From: Takakia lepidozioides
Lineage: Eukaryota > Plantae > Bryophyta
DNA length: 64,000 bases
Reading direction: 5' to 3'
Assembly: GCA_030704615.1 (NCBI GenBank)
Contig: CM060732.1
Coordinates: 58,032,001 to 58,096,000, forward strand
Below the pieces are notes generated by a model. The model saw nothing but the letters and a program-made list of their open reading frames with translations, searched no databases and was not told the origin of the DNA. Positions 1-14,040 of the stretch are shown piece after piece. A program made the translations under genes and the position numbers. Every line of letters starts with the position of its first letter. The first letter of the stretch is position 1.

Positions 1-477
1 CGACGAAGTCGTAGTGCGGCTTCGACGTGTTCCCGTACCTCAGGCCAGCATTCCAAGGCAGACCCAATTGTAATGATTGGGGCGCACGGTTGGTTCAAGG
101 TTATCTTCCTAGTCAAAGAGGGTTCCAGGTGAACCCTTGCTCAAGGTGATGCCAAAAGCGACATCATGAGCGGTCGCAAGCAATGTTGTTGAAGTAAGGC
201 GATTCGATCCTCGGGGAGGATCGTTCCTTGGCCTTCAAGTAGGCCAAGAAGAGTGCACTGGGAGGAGCTGGAGAGGCTCCACCCTTGGCCGGGACTTGGA
301 GGAAGTCGGCCGAACTAGCTAGTGGAGAGTAGAGTCAAGTGTGGGGTTTGGTTCTTTGCCATGGGACGCCATGGTACGGAAACAAACTCCTTGATGTGGG
401 ACGCCACAACTTGGATGTTCGTTTCTACAAAATGGACAAGTCGATGAGGACATCGACTCCCTGTTGGCAAGGGTGTG

Positions 478-1201
478 TGTCGCGCCCCCTTGCCTTGAGA
501 GCAGGGGGGTCGGGACACATGAGGGGCTGCCCCTGTGGTGGGGGGAGCGGCAGCGATAGGTATGGGGGGTTGAAGCACCCTTGAGTGCCCAAGGCACTCA
601 AGGAGGCGGAGGCGCTCACTAGGTGGAGCCCCCACACCGGGTTGCGGTGGGGGTGGCTCCACAAGGGGTGGTGGTAGCTTAGAGGGACTTAGTGGGGTGG
701 CATAGGACTCACCATGGGGCGGAGACCTCATGGTGGGAGTCGTGGGGAGTCTTGGGACTCATCACGGTCCATAGGGGCCGTGGTGAGTGGGCCAAGACTC
801 ACTGCGACTCATCACCGGGAGTCGAGGGTTTTCGTGGTGGTTCGCCATAAAATGGCATGGCTGGTTGTGAAGCCCCCGCGGACAGCTACAGAAGTATATA
901 TAGGGAGTAGTAACCCTGAGAACGGTGCAAGCCCGTTGGTGACCAAAAACTAGTGAGTAAGCGAGCGAGCCGGAAAGTGACCAAAGAGTGGGGAGCTGTT
1001 CCGGACTGCCATCTACCAAAGGGAATTCCACTAGGCCCAAATAGGTGGAGGGTTTAGTGGGGGAGCGAAGGGGGACCGTTATGTCCCGGTGAGCAGCCGA
1101 AGCTCCAAGTTGGCCCGGCGGCCAGGTTGGGAGTCAGGCGCACGCATCAAACCGAGTAACTATGACTTGAAGGGGAGTTTACCGAAGTGAGGTGCGCAAC
1201 A
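478..1201 (+). mobile_element. 3' LTR of a plus-strand Ty3/gypsy chromovirus copy; its 3' UTR occupies 1-477 and the element continues left of the window
   Basis: TGTCGCG...GCGCAACA termini; purine tract GGCAAGGGTGTG immediately upstream (466-477); reverse complement of the LTRs at 12407-13148 and 20127-20849. Confidence 0.9.
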
Positions 1202-2175
1202 CTATGGCAGCCAACCTTCAAGGCCCAAACCCTGCCTGCCTGATGTGCAACTATGGTTACAATGAAACTATGGAGCATGTTTTGCTCACATGCCAACTTC
1301 CTGCTAGGATTTGGACTATAGTGGCAGGCTTCTATTCCCATTGGCAGGCCCTCCCACCCCTATCAGCTCCTCTCATGTTGCTTAATTTACATAGAAGCGC
1401 TGCTTGGAACAGATGCCCGATCTGGGTCTGTTTTAGAGCACATACGCTATGGGCAACATGGAAGGCCAGATGTGTTTTGATCTTTGAGGGAAAACGCCCC
1501 AGCATCAGACTGATCCTCTGCAAAATTTATTCAGATCTAATGACTGAGAGGTGTAAGGCTTGGGTGTCCTTGCAAACAGCCATCAGCAGGTGCAGTGAAG
1601 GCAGGAGCCAGCAGCTGCTTGCGGATTTCGACACCACCTGGGCCAAAGACGACATCCTCTGCTCCAGAATCGATGACTCTCGAATTACATGGCACGACCT
1701 CATCCCCGTTTCTTGGCAAGTCACCGGCTGAATCGGACGCACCAGACATCAATTGGAAGCACAGCAAGACCCACAGTTCTAAATCTAAAGTGCATCTAGA
1801 TTTTGGTCGTTGATAGTCTCTTTGTTTTCATGACATGTTATACTGTTAACCTTCCCCTAGGATTGGTAGCATACTACAGCCCTCTACCCCTTCTTTTGGT
1901 TCCTTTCAAGACTTGGGGCTCCTTCATCATCCTGGAGCTCCTTCTTTTGGCTCATCTCAAGACTTTGGGCTTTTTCATCATCATCACTCAGGCACCATAA
2001 TTTAGCCACGATCTGGCTTGTTCATGCTGTTCCCCCCCGTTCCTATCAGTGCTGGGTGTTCCCAATGTGATACGCCTTTATGGCCTCCCTGGAGGTTATT
2101 TTTTCCTCCGCTCTCTTGTTTTCCCCTCTTTTCAATAAACTTGGCCAAGGCCTCTGTCCCCTGTTCATAAATAAT
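1202..2175 (+). mobile_element. 3' end of an L1-like LINE (ORF2 C-terminal zinc-binding region plus 3' UTR), truncated by the LTR insertion
   Basis: ORF 1192-1731 contains CLMC..ETMEHVLLTC..IW and LWATWKARC..IFEG, typical of the zf-RVT region of plant LINE ORF2; pyrimidine-rich tail with AATAAA and a short A-rich end. Confidence 0.7.
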
Positions 2176-2286
2176 GGAGAATGTTAATAATAATGCATGA
2201 AGTTAATGCATGTGTAATGTCTGACAAGACGGTAGGCTGGTCTCCGGCATATTGAATTTTTATCACCCTTCCTTGAGAGTGACAGG

Positions 2287-5200
2287 TGTCGCGCACCTCA
2301 CTTCAGTAAGCTCCCCTTCAAGTCATAGTTACTCGCTTTGATGCGCGCACCTAACTCCCCAACTGGCCGCCGGGCCAACTCGGAGCTTCGGCTGCTCACC
2401 GGGGTATAACAGTCCCCCTTTGCTCCTCCAACAGACCCTCCACCAATTTGGGCCTAGTGGAAAATTCCCTTTGGTAGATGACAGTCCGGAATAGCTCCCC
2501 ACTCCTTGGTCGCTTTCCGGCTCGCTCACTCACTCACTAGTTTTTGGTCACCAACGGGCTTGCACCGTTCTCGGGGTTACTACTCCCTATATATACTTTT
2601 GTGACTGTCCGTGGGGGTTCCACAAACAACACCATCCTTTTATGGCGAACCACCACGAAGACCCTCGATTCCCGGTGATGAGTCGTGATGAGTCCCAAGA
2701 CTCCCCACGACTCCCACCACAAGGTCTCCGCCCCATGGTGAGTCATATGTCACCCCACTAAGACCCACTAAGCTACCACCTCCCGTCGTGGACCCACTCC
2801 CATCTCAAACCGGTGTGCGGGGCTCCACCTAGTGAGCGCCTCCGCCTCCTTGAGTGCCTTGGGCACTCAAGGGTGCTTCAGCCCCCGTACCTATTGTTGT
2901 CACTACCCCCACCACAGGGGCAGCCCCTCTTGTGTCCCGGCCCCCTGCCCTCAAGGCGAAGGCCCGCAACACACACCCCTACCAACGGGGAGTCAATGTC
3001 CTCATCGACTTGTTCATTTTGTAGAAACAAACATCCCAGTTGTGGCGTCCCACATCAAGGAGTTTGTTTCCGTACCATGGCATCCCATGGCAAATAATCA
3101 AACCCCCACTTGACTCTACTCTTCACTAGCTAGTTCGGCCGACTTCCTCCAAGTCCCGGCCAAGGGTGGAGCCTCTCAAGCTCCACCAAGTGCACTATTC
3201 TTGGCCCACTTCAGGGCCAAGGAACAATCCTCCCCGAGGATCGAATCGCCTTACTGCAACAGCATTGCTTGCGACCGCTTATGATGCCGTTTTTGGCATC
3301 ACCTTGAGCAAAGGTTCATCTTGAACCTTTTTTTTTACTAGGAAGATAACCTTGAACTAACCATGCGCCCCAATCATTACAATTGGGTCCGCCTTGGAAT
3401 GCTGGCCTGAGGTACGGGAACATGCTGAAGCCGCACTACGACTTCGTCCCGATGCTACACGATTATAGTACGTGAACGGAAGCACGTAGCTTCCGCGTTA
3501 GCCCGCACTACAAGGCAAACCCCTCGATAGCGCAGTTATAGTACGCGCACGTGCCAGGTTCGCACTAGCACGTGAACTCCCAAGGAAGGCGCAAGTTTCC
3601 TTGCCCCTTGGATGGGAGTCACTCGATTTTGGCACTACGCAAACACACGATTAACCCAATTTACCTCTTCCACTTTTGTAAGCTAGGATGCATTCTACAC
3701 ATTAGCCAACCATACCATGCATCACCATCCAAACAAAATAGGACGCACAACATTTGGAAACCATTTCATTTATAACAAAATTTGTACAAGTTTTGCAATC
3801 GGATTCCTGAGCTAGCTAAGCCCGGGCTAAGCATGTATTTCCTCTCCCACGCTCCAAGGTTGATGTCCCCATCAACGCTTCTTCCATTTTTTAGGTCGCC
3901 ATTCGAAAGCTGCAACCGCCTCGGATGCGTTTCCCATTTCTGAGGCACACACCCAATATGCATCCACATGATGATAGCCCTTCCATTTCACGAGATACTT
4001 CGTTTCTCGATTCTTGAACCTCCTCGACTTAAGCACTGCCTCCACCTCGTACTCAGGTTCATTTTCATGATCAAACATCACAGATGGCGGACACAATCAT
4101 CTTTGAAGTAAGGCTTCAAAAGGGAGACGTGGAATACCGGATGCACCTTGCTGTTTGCCGGCAGCTCCAATTCATACACATCCTCATTCATAACCTTCCG
4201 GATGCGAAAAGGTCCCGCATACGAAGGTACGAACTTCGGACTCACTTCCGGAGGTAGTCGAAAATTCTTGATTCAACCAGACCTCCGTGCCTGCCTCAAA
4301 CTTAACTTCCCTCCGCTTCCGATTCGCTGCCATTCATACCGTTTCCTAGCTTTGGCAATGTTGTACTTTGCGAGTTTCAATAAACGCTCGCGTTCTTCCT
4401 GCACCGCTGATACTGCCGGTTCCTCAACGTCTTGGGCAGCCCAACTTGTCGGCACCAGAGGTGCTTTTCCATAGACCAATACAAAAGGGGAAACTCCCGT
4501 TGCGTGTTATTATAACAGAACTCTGCCACATCCAAGTGCTCCACCCAGTCCGATTGGTCTGCCGACACGTAATTCCGCAAAATCTGTTTCACTACGGAAT
4601 TCACCATTTCCGTTTGGTGAAGGCGGTGCTCATCTTGAGCCTCGTCCCCATTTTCTTCCAAAGTGTCCTCCAAAATTTACTTGTAAACTTTGGATCGCGG
4701 TTCGAGACAATATCCTTCGGGAGTCCATGATGCTTGAAGACGTGGGCGAAGTAAGTCGCCCCGTCTCCTGCGCCGTTGCCGTCTCCCTGGTGGTGGGGAT
4801 GAAATGACCCATTTTACTGAACCTATCCACACCACCATGATTGCATCGAATCCTTTTTGACAACGGCATAGCAGTCATGAAATCCATCGAGACACTTTCC
4901 CAAGACCCCTCTGGAATCGGTAGGGTTGTAACAGCCCCGCTTGCTTTTTGTACTCGCTCCGGTTTTGTTGGCATGTGGTGCATGTCTTGACATACTCCTC
5001 GGCCTCCTCCCTCAGTTTGGGCCAGAAATACTCTTTTTTCAGGAGTGCCGCGGTGCGCTTGGTTCCGCCGTGGCCCGCAAGCGGGCCATCGTGACATTTC
5101 TCAAGAGACTATCTCTGATCCCTCCCTCGGCACGTAGAGACGTTTTTGCTTGTACCGAAGCAGTCCATTGTGCAAGTGGAACTGCGATTTAACCCCCATC

Positions 5201-7451
5201 CTCAAGTCCCGCATCACGGACTTCGCCATATCATCATTCCGGTAAGCCTTCCGGATCTTCTTTTGAAGCGTCATCTCGCCCCTGTACACAAACATGAGCT
5301 GCTGCTTTCTACTTAAAGCATCGACCCACACATTGTCTTGTCCCGGTTTGTACTAGATATCCACGTCGAACACCGCCAGTGTCTTGCCACCTAAGTTGTT
5401 TTTGGGGACAACTTAGGCTGCGTGGCAAAATACTTCACCGTGACATGTCCGTGACCACCTTTACCGGGTTGGAACCAACATAGTGGCGCCAAAGCTCAAG
5501 GCAATGCACCACCGCCTTCATTTCTTTCTCGTGCGTAGACCACCTTCGCTCCACTTCATTCAGTTTCTTACTTTCGTAAGCCACTGGACGTACATCCTGC
5601 TGATGAGAAACCCCCTATTGCGAAGTCCGACGCATCTGTATGAATCTCAAATGGACGGTCGAACTCCGGGATTTTGAGGACTGGGGCTTCCGCCATCCGC
5701 TGCTTCAACTTGGCGAAAGCTTGGCCACAAAAGGCGTTCCATACCCAGACGTTTGGATTACACAGAAGTAGAGGTCTAACAGCGGCCCCCGCGATCTTGG
5801 CGAAATTTCTCACATACTTCCGCTAATAGGAGGCGAGTCCTAGGAAGGATCGCACTCCCGGGACCGAAGTCGGAGGCTCCCAGTCCAAGATCGCCCTCAC
5901 CTTTCTGTCATCCATTTTGATCATATCCTGTGTAATCACATGCCCCAGGAACTCCACTTTTGTGACCCCGAATTCGCACTTTGAAGCTTTGGCATATAGC
6001 TTCCCTTCCTACAATTTCTGGAACACCATTTTGAGGTGTTCTAGGTGCTCTTCCTTTGTTTTCGAGTTACACGCGGTCTTCTCCTCATCTCCTTCTGCCA
6101 CTCGGATTTAATGGTCGCCGAGCGCAAATCGATCCGGCTAAAATACTTCGCTCCTGCCAACCGATTGAAGAGGTCATCGATCCTTGGCAAAGGGTACCGG
6201 TTCTTGATAGTCATCTTATTCAGAGCCTTGTAATCGACACACATCCGCAGCGTCCCATCCTTCTTATCTGCGAATTGTCTCACGTAAAGCAAAAATTAGG
6301 GCTCGTGTGGCTCCGCTTGTCGCGGCCCTTTGCCTTGAGGGCAGGGGGTCGGGACACGAGAGGGGCTGCCCCTGTGGTGGGGGCAGTGGCAACAATAGAT
6401 GCGGGGGCTAAAGCACCCTTGAGTGCCAAGGCACTCAAGGAGGCGGAGGCGCCTCACTAGGTGGAGCCCTGACACACCGGGTTGCGGTGGGGGTGGTTCC
6501 ACGAGGGGTGGTGGTAGCTAGTGGAACTTAGTGGGGGTGGCATAGGACTCACCATGGGTGCGGAGAGACTAGTGGTGGTAGTCGTGGGGAGTCTTGGACC
6601 TCATCACGGTCCAATGGGACCGTGGTGGGTGGGCCAAGACTCACCGCGACTCATCACCGGGAATCGAGGGTTTTCGTGGTGAATCATCATAAAATGGCAT
6701 GGTTGTTTGTGAAACCCCCGCGGACAGTCACAGAAGTATATATAGGGAGTAGTAACCCCAAGAACGGTGCGAGCCCGTTGGTGACCAAAAACTAGTGAGT
6801 AAGCGTACGAGCCGGAAAGCGACCAAGGTGTGGGGAGCTGTTCCGGACTGCCATCGACCAAAGGGAATTTCCACTTGGCCCAAAATTGAGGGAGGGTCAG
6901 TGGAGGAGTAAAGGGGGACCGTTATGTCCCGTGAGCAGCCAAAGCTCCGAGTTGGCCCGGCGGCCAGTTTGGAGGTTAGGCGCGCGCATCAAAGCGAGTA
7001 ACTATGACTTGAAGGGGAGCTTACCGAAGTAAGGTGCGCGACACCTCCACGGCCCACTCCTTTGCTCATAGTAGGTTTATTCGCCATCCCACTGGGTTGG
7101 GCGTTTCCGAAACTCGTAAAACTTCGCCACCATTCCCACACGGTAGTATGAATACTCTTTTGCGGCCATCTATGACCGCTCCGGACTTGCTCAAAAAGAT
7201 CATCCCCAAAATGAGATCCACTCCATCGATCTCGCAAATGGTGAAGTTCTTACGTCCCTCCCAACTCCCGAGCTGAAGAGGAACATCGAACGCCAACCTC
7301 GTCGCCAATTGTGGTTCTGTTTTTTGGCAGAACGCACTTCAATGGAGGCCCCCACATCACTTATCGGGAGCCCCAGCTTCCGTGCCATTGCCAGTGTCAT
7401 GAAGGAGTGTGACGCTCCTGTGTCCACCAACAACGACACGTTAGTTCCGGA
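2287..7451 (-). mobile_element. Degenerate chromovirus copy A (3' LTR 2287-2971, PPT, chromodomain-integrase, RNase H, RT, protease fragments; no 5' end)
   Basis: LTR with TG..CA ends followed by CACACCCCTACC (PPT complement); many short frameshifted ORFs matching the intact copies ([42 protein letters not shown]); internal deletions. Confidence 0.88.
6318..7043 (+). mobile_element. Solo LTR of the same family inserted in opposite orientation inside pol of copy A
   Basis: TGTCGCGG...GTGCGCGACA; the pol sequence GGGCTCGTGTG..CCTCCACGGCCCACTCC resumes on both sides; no clean TSD. Confidence 0.85.
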
Positions 7452-10400
7452 GAGTTATAGTAAGCGCACGCGCCAGGTGCGCACTAGCACGTGAACTCCC
7501 AAAGAAGGCGCAAGTTTCCTTGCCCCTTGGATGGGGGTCACCCGATTTCGGCACTACGCAAACACACGATTAACCAATTTACCCTCCCCCTTTTATAAGC
7601 TAGCATGCATTCTACACACTAGCCAACCATACCATGCATCACCATTCCAAACAAAATAGGACGCACAACATTGGAAGCCATTTCATTATAGCATGTTTAT
7701 ACAATACAAGTTTTGCAATCGGATTCCTAAGCTAGCTAAGCCGGGCTAAGCATGCATTTCCTCCCCCACGCTCCAAGGTTGATGTCCCCATCAACGCTTC
7801 TTCCGCTTTTGAGGTCGCCCTTCGAAAGTTGCAACCGCCTCGGATGCGTTTCCCATTTCTGAGGCACGCCACCAAGATGCCTCCACCTGATGATAGCCCT
7901 TCCATTTGACGAGATACTCCGTTTCTCGGTTCTTGAATCTCCTCGACTTAAGTATTGCCTCCACCTCGTACTCAGGTTCATTTTCATGATCCAACAGCAT
8001 AGGTGGCGGACGCAACACTTGATGCCGATTTGGACGCGCTTTATCTTTGAAGTAAGGCTTCAAAAGGGAGACATGGAATACTGGGTGCACCTTGCTCTTT
8101 GCCGGCAGCTCCAATTCATACACATCCTCATTCATAACCTTCCGAATGCGAAAGGGTCCCGCATACGGAGGTACGAAACTCGGACTGACTTCCAGAGGTA
8201 GTCGGAAATTTTGATGTTCAACCAGACCTCTGTGCCTGCCTCAAACTTCACTTCCTCCGCTTCCGATTCGCCTGCCTTTCATACCGTTTCCTAGCTTTGG
8301 CAATGTTGTACTTTGCGAGCTTCAACAAACGCTCGAGTTCTTCCAGTACTGCCGCTACTGCCGGTCCGTCAACGTCCTGGGCGGCCCAACTTGTCGGCAC
8401 TAGAGGTGCTTTTCCATAGACCAATACGAAAGGGGAAACTCCCGTTGCGGAGTGTTCTGTGTTATTATAACAGAACTCTGCCGCCGTCGAAGTGTTCCCA
8501 CCCAGTCTGTTTGGTCTGCCGACACGTAATTCCACAAGATCTGCTTCACTACGGAATTCACTCTTTCTGTTTGGCCGTCGGTCGTAGGTCGGAAAGCGGT
8601 GCTCATCTTCAGCCTCGTCCCCATCTTCTTCCAAAGTGCCCTCCAAAATTTACTCGTAAATTTTGGATCGCGGTCCGAGACAATATTCTTCGGGACTCCA
8701 TGATGCTTTAAGACGTGGGCGAAGTAAAGTCGCTCTGTTTCCTGTGCCGTTGCCGTCTCCTTGGTGGGGATGAATGACCCATTTTACTGAACTATCCACC
8801 ACCACCATGATTGCATCGAATCCTTTTGACAGCGGCATAGCAGTCATGAAATCCATCGAGACGCTTTCCCAAGTCCCCTCTGGAATCAGCAAGGGTTGTA
8901 ACAGCCCCGCTGCTTTTTGTACTCGCTCCGGTTTTGTTGGCATGTGGTGCATGTCTTGACATACTCATCGGCCTCCTCCTCAGTTTGGGCCAGAAATACT
9001 CTTTCTTCAAGAGTTGCCGCAGTGCGCTTGGCTCCGCCGTGGCCCGCAAGCGGGCCATCATGGCATTCTCTCAAGAGGCTATCTCTGATCCCTCCCTTCG
9101 GCACGTTAGAGACGCTTTTGCTTATACCGGAGCAGTCCATTTTGCAAGTGGAACTGCGATTTAACCCCCATCCTCAAGTCCTGCATCACGGACTTTGCCA
9201 GCTCATCCTTCCGGTAAGCCTTCTGGATCTTCTTTTGGAGCGCCGTCTCGCCCTTGTACACCAACAAGAGCTGCTCCTTTCTACTTAAAGCATCGGCCAC
9301 CACGTTGTCTCGTCCCGGTTTGTACTGGATATCCACGTCGAACACCGCCAAAGTATCTTGCCACCTAAGTTGTTTTGGGGACAACTTGGGCTGCGTGGCA
9401 AAATACTTCACCGTGACATTGTCCGTGAACACCTTTACTGGGTTGGAACCAATATAGTGGTGCCAAAGCTCAAGACAGTGCACCACCGCCTTCATCTCTT
9501 TCTCGTGCGTCGGCCACCGTCGCTCCACTTCATTCAGTTTCTTACTTTCATAAACCACTGGACGTCCATCTTGCATCGGTACACCCCCAATCGCGAAGTC
9601 CGACGCATCTGTATGTATCTCGAACGGACGATCGAACTCCGGGATTTTCAAGACTAGAGCTTCCGCCATCCGCTGCTTCAATTCAGCAAAAGCTTGGCCA
9701 CAAAATGTGTTCAATGCCCAGACTTTAGATTTACACAGAAGGTCTGACAACGGCCCTGCGATCTTGGCGAAATTTCTCACATACTTCCGATAATAGGAGG
9801 CGAGTCCAAGGAAGGATCGCACTCCCGGAACCGAAGTTGGAGGCTCCCAGTCCAAGATCGCCCTCACATTTCTATCATCCATTTTGATCCCATCCTGTGT
9901 AATCACATGCCCCATGAACTCCACTTTTATGACCCCGAATTCGCACTTTGAAGCTTTGGCATACAGCTTCCCTTCTCGCAATTTCTGGAACACCCTTTTG
10001 AGGTGCTCCAGGTGCTCCTCCTTTGTTTTCGAATACACCAAGATGTCGTCGATGTACACGATCACAAAGTCATCCAACCACTCCTGGAAAAGGCTGTTCA
10101 TCAGCGTGCTAAAGGTCGCGGGTGTGCGTTGGTGAGCCCAAAAGGCATCACCAAGAACTCATACGAACCATACCTCGTCCTGCACGCAGTCTTCTCCTCA
10201 TCTCCTTCCGCCACTCGAATTTGATGGTAGCCGGAGCGCAGATCGATCCGGCTGAAATACTTCGCTCCTGCCAACCGATCGAAAAGGTCGTCGATCCTTG
10301 GCAAAGGGTACCGGTTTTTGATAGTCACCTTATTCAGAGCCCTGTAATCGACACACATCCGCAGCGTCCCATCCTTCTTGTCTGCAAATAGCACCGGGGC

Positions 10401-13148
10401 TCCGTAAGGTGACTTACTCGGCCGGATGTACCCCTTTGACATTAGATCCTTGAGCTGAGTCTTCAGCTCGACCAACTCTCTGTGGCTCAACCGGTAGGGC
10501 GCCTTGGCAGGCGGTTCCGATCCCGGTATCACCTCAATCTTGTGGTCAACTCCTCTTCGCGGTGGCAAGCCGCTTGGCAAATCCTCCGGCATCACATCAT
10601 GGTATTTCTCCAAATCCCCTTGATCCAATCTGGGCTCGGCTCTCCATCGCCTTCTCCCTTCACTTCTCTAATGTAGAGCAAAAACTGGGGCTCGTGTGCC
10701 TCCTCCACGGCCCACTCCCTTGCTGACAGAAGGTTTATTCGCCCTCCCACGGGTTTGGGCGTTTCCGAAACTCGTAAGACCTCGCCACCATTCCAACATG
10801 GCAGCGTGACTACCCTCTTGCGGCCATCTATGACCGCTCCGGATTTGCTCAAAAAGGTCATCCCCAAAATGAGATCCACTCCATCGATCTCGCAGACGGT
10901 GAAGTTCTCACGTCCCTCCCAACTCCCCAGTTGAAGAGGAACATCGAACGCCAACCTCGTCACCAATTGCGGTTCTCCTTTTGCAGAACGCACCTCAATA
11001 GAGGCCCCTACGTCAGTTGTCGGGCGTCCCAACTTTTGTGCCGTTGTCGGTGTCATGAAGGAGTGCGACGCTCCTGTGTCCACCAACAATGACACGTTAG
11101 TTCCAGATATTATCCCATCAACGAACAATAAGTGACTCCCTTTACGCAATGCGCCAGTTTCCTGATACAACTCACAAAAATATTTGCGTACCTTGCAAGT
11201 CCTGGCGACTACCGCTTCCACCAAACGACTGATGGTATCTTCCGACAGCTCCGTGGTTGCCCGAGTCATGTTCAATTGTCGGGGTTTTGTGCACTTCTTG
11301 GCCATGTGCCCGGGCTCTCCGCAATTGAAACACACTCCATCAAAGGTCGCCTTCTGTCCGCCATAAGCCGCTCCACCCGCTTTTCCTTTCGAAGCACCGG
11401 GTGCCGCCTTGACGTGTGAAGGCCCTCCCTTCGATTTCCACGTGCCATTGTTGCCGCGTGGCCTATCCCACTTCTTTTCCGGTCGGAAGGAGTCACCTTC
11501 CCGCGGGTCTTCTTGTGGTTCAGCTCCGTACGGCCTTGTCTTTCACCCCTAGGGACATCTGAGAAACATTCAGCCCTCTCAATTGCCTCGTTCAAATTCT
11601 TAGGTGGCTTCTCCTCCAACTTCCGCCTGGCCCATGGGGCCAGTCCCGCCACAAAGTTGAAGACCATTTCCGGTTCTGCCATGTCCGCGACTTTGAGCAA
11701 AAGCACATTGAAAGCCTGGACATATCCCCGAATGTCGTCTGTTTGCTTCAAATTCCTCATCTTGTCCCAAGCAAGCCAGGACGCGTTGAGCGGCACAAAC
11801 TGTCTCTTCATCAATTCCTTGAACCCACTCCAGTTCAAGGTTTCCGGGCTTGGACCTCGGTCATGAAGGCGTTTCTGCCACCATTGTTGAGCATAGCCCC
11901 TCAAATAGGTGGGAGCCACTTCCACCCGATCCTCGTCACTCAACTTGGCCGCCCGGAAGTACTGCTCTAGCTCCAAGAGCCAGGTGTTGAGTGCCTTCCG
12001 ATTTCGGACGCCCTCGAAGGTGCCTGGTTCCTTAGGCTTCACCTTAAACTTTGCCTTAGTGGAAATGGCATTAGCCGCCCTCAACACGTCTTTCAACGTC
12101 CCGCCAAACTGCGCCAACAACCCTTCCCAAAAGGCTGCCGGCATGGGAGACATCTGTTGGTCGGTCGGAGCTCTCACGGATTCCTCGGGCTCCGACTCCT
12201 CGGATTTCTCCCGCTATTGAGCGGCCTCGTTTTCGGAAACATGCATCGCTTCCTCAAACGGCCGCCTCGGTGACACGTCGCCCCCATTGGGCTCACCAGG
12301 ATCATCATCTTTTGGGCCGTTCCACTTTCGCTTTGGCTTGCCCGACCCCATGATGAGGCCAATCCCAAGGACAATCGCGTACTGAACTCTAAGCTCTGAT
12401 ACCAAGTGTCGAGCACCTCACTTCGTTAAACTCCCCTTCAAGTCATAGTTACTCGCTTTGATGCGCGCGCCTGACTCCCAACCTGGCCGCCGGGCCCACT
12501 TGGAGCATCGGCTACTCACCGGGACATAACGGTCCCCCTTCGCTCCCCCACTAAACCCTCCACCTATTTGGGCCTAGTGGAATTCCCTTTGGTAGATGGC
12601 AGTCCGGAACAGCTCCCCACTCTTTGGTCGCTTTCCGGCTCGCTCACTTACTGGCTCGCTCGCTTACTCACTAGTTTTTGGTCACCAACGGGCTTGCACC
12701 ATTCTCGGGGTTACTACTCCCTATATATACTTCTGTAGCTGTCCGCGGGGGTTTCACAACTAGCCATGCCATTTTATGGCGAACCACCACGAAAACCCTC
12801 GACTCCCGGTGATGAGTCGCGGCGAGTCTTGGCCCACTCACCACAGCCCCTATGGACCGTGATGAGTCCCAAGACTCCCCACGACTCCCACCACGAGGTC
12901 TCCGCCCCCATGGTGAGTCCTATGCCACCCCCACTAAGTCCCGCTAAGCTACCACCACCCCTTGTGGAGCCACCCCACCGCAACCCGGTGTGCGGGGCTC
13001 CACCTAGTGAGCGCCTCCCCCTCCTTGAGTGCCTTGGGCACTCAAGGGTGCTTCAGCCCCCCATACCTATCGTTGCTGCTGCCCCCACCACAGGGGCAGC
13101 CCCTCATGTGTCCCGACCCCCCTGCTCTCAAGGCAAGGGGGCGCGACA
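7452..13148 (-). mobile_element. Chromovirus copy B (5' LTR 12407-13148, PBS, frameshifted gag-pol; 3' LTR missing)
   Basis: PBS complement GCTCTGATACCA next to the LTR; gag, CCHC knuckle, protease DTGAS, RT YIDD, RNase H, integrase and chromodomain ORF pieces; abrupt junction with copy A at ~7452. Confidence 0.9.
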
Positions 13149-13154
13149 CACAGG

Positions 13155-14040
13155 GAGGATTTTATTGGCTATCTTCCATAATAAAGCGCTGATTTTGGTA
13201 GAACGGTGCTTTGCCCAAATATCCTTCCAGATTTGCTTCTATCCCTTTTCATGCAGGTTCCATTTTCCATTCCACTTAGCCGTGAAGTCCGTTTTCGTTT
13301 TGCAAGGCGTCCTTCCGAGAGCATTGGGAGAGATGCTGCAACTGCACTGGCGTCTCGTGAGCGTGAAGGGGATGACACGGGTTCCGGTGCACTTTGCGTT
13401 TTGGCGTGAAGAAGCGGAGATAGGCCGCTCAGAGTCCTTTGGTTGGAGATTGCCTTGCGCGGGCACTCTGCAACAACGTGCCTTTACCCATTGCATCCGA
13501 GGCATGTGATGCTTAGCTGCTCCTCTTTGATTTGCACTGAGATGAAAGAGCCGTCTAGAGTAGGAAGTTTGATTGCATTCCCAATTTTTTTACTTTCCGG
13601 CATCATCACCACGATCTTTGGGACCCCCGAATTTTTGCTGGAGTCGAACAGGGAGGGATCCTGATCAACGCTTAGCCCTGCATCGTCAATGGGGTCGAAT
13701 ACATTCAAGTTGCCAATATATGAGCCAAAGTGAGCTCAAATCTCCGGTAGGGAAGCCAGGTAGTTATCTGGAAGAAACGGCAGGGCGATTCTCCGGGGCT
13801 TGCACGTAGTTCCATCCTTGTGGCCCTATGCCGGCGACTAGGGGAAGATGTTCACCTTGAATCTTGATTTGCGCGTGTTGAATGCAAGCGCACTCCTTTG
13901 TGCCAAATTTGACAGAGTAAAAGCCCCTGCCCATTGGGTGACAGTAGTGGTGCGTCAAACCACCTTCGGACCCCAGATGCTTGACAATCCACTTACGAGC
14001 CGAATCCGTATCCTTGGGCCTACCTGGGAAATGCACCAAA
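13155..14040 (-). mobile_element. Decayed LINE ORF1 (DUF4283-like), downstream part
   Basis: VHFPGRP..SARKWIVKHLG..PMGRGFYSVKF resembles plant LINE ORF1; the frame joins ORF 27659-28090 (..KMMQHGLLV|HFPGRP..) when element C is removed. Confidence 0.6.

Noticed and set aside
315-1040. Short Pro-rich ORFs recurring in every LTR
   Set aside because: Frames differ between copies and contain no recognisable domain; by-products of GC-rich LTR sequence.
2282-13154. Copies A and B as one element with TSD ACAGG
   Set aside because: The right ACAGG is offset by one base, the two LTRs are different subtypes, and pol is present twice.
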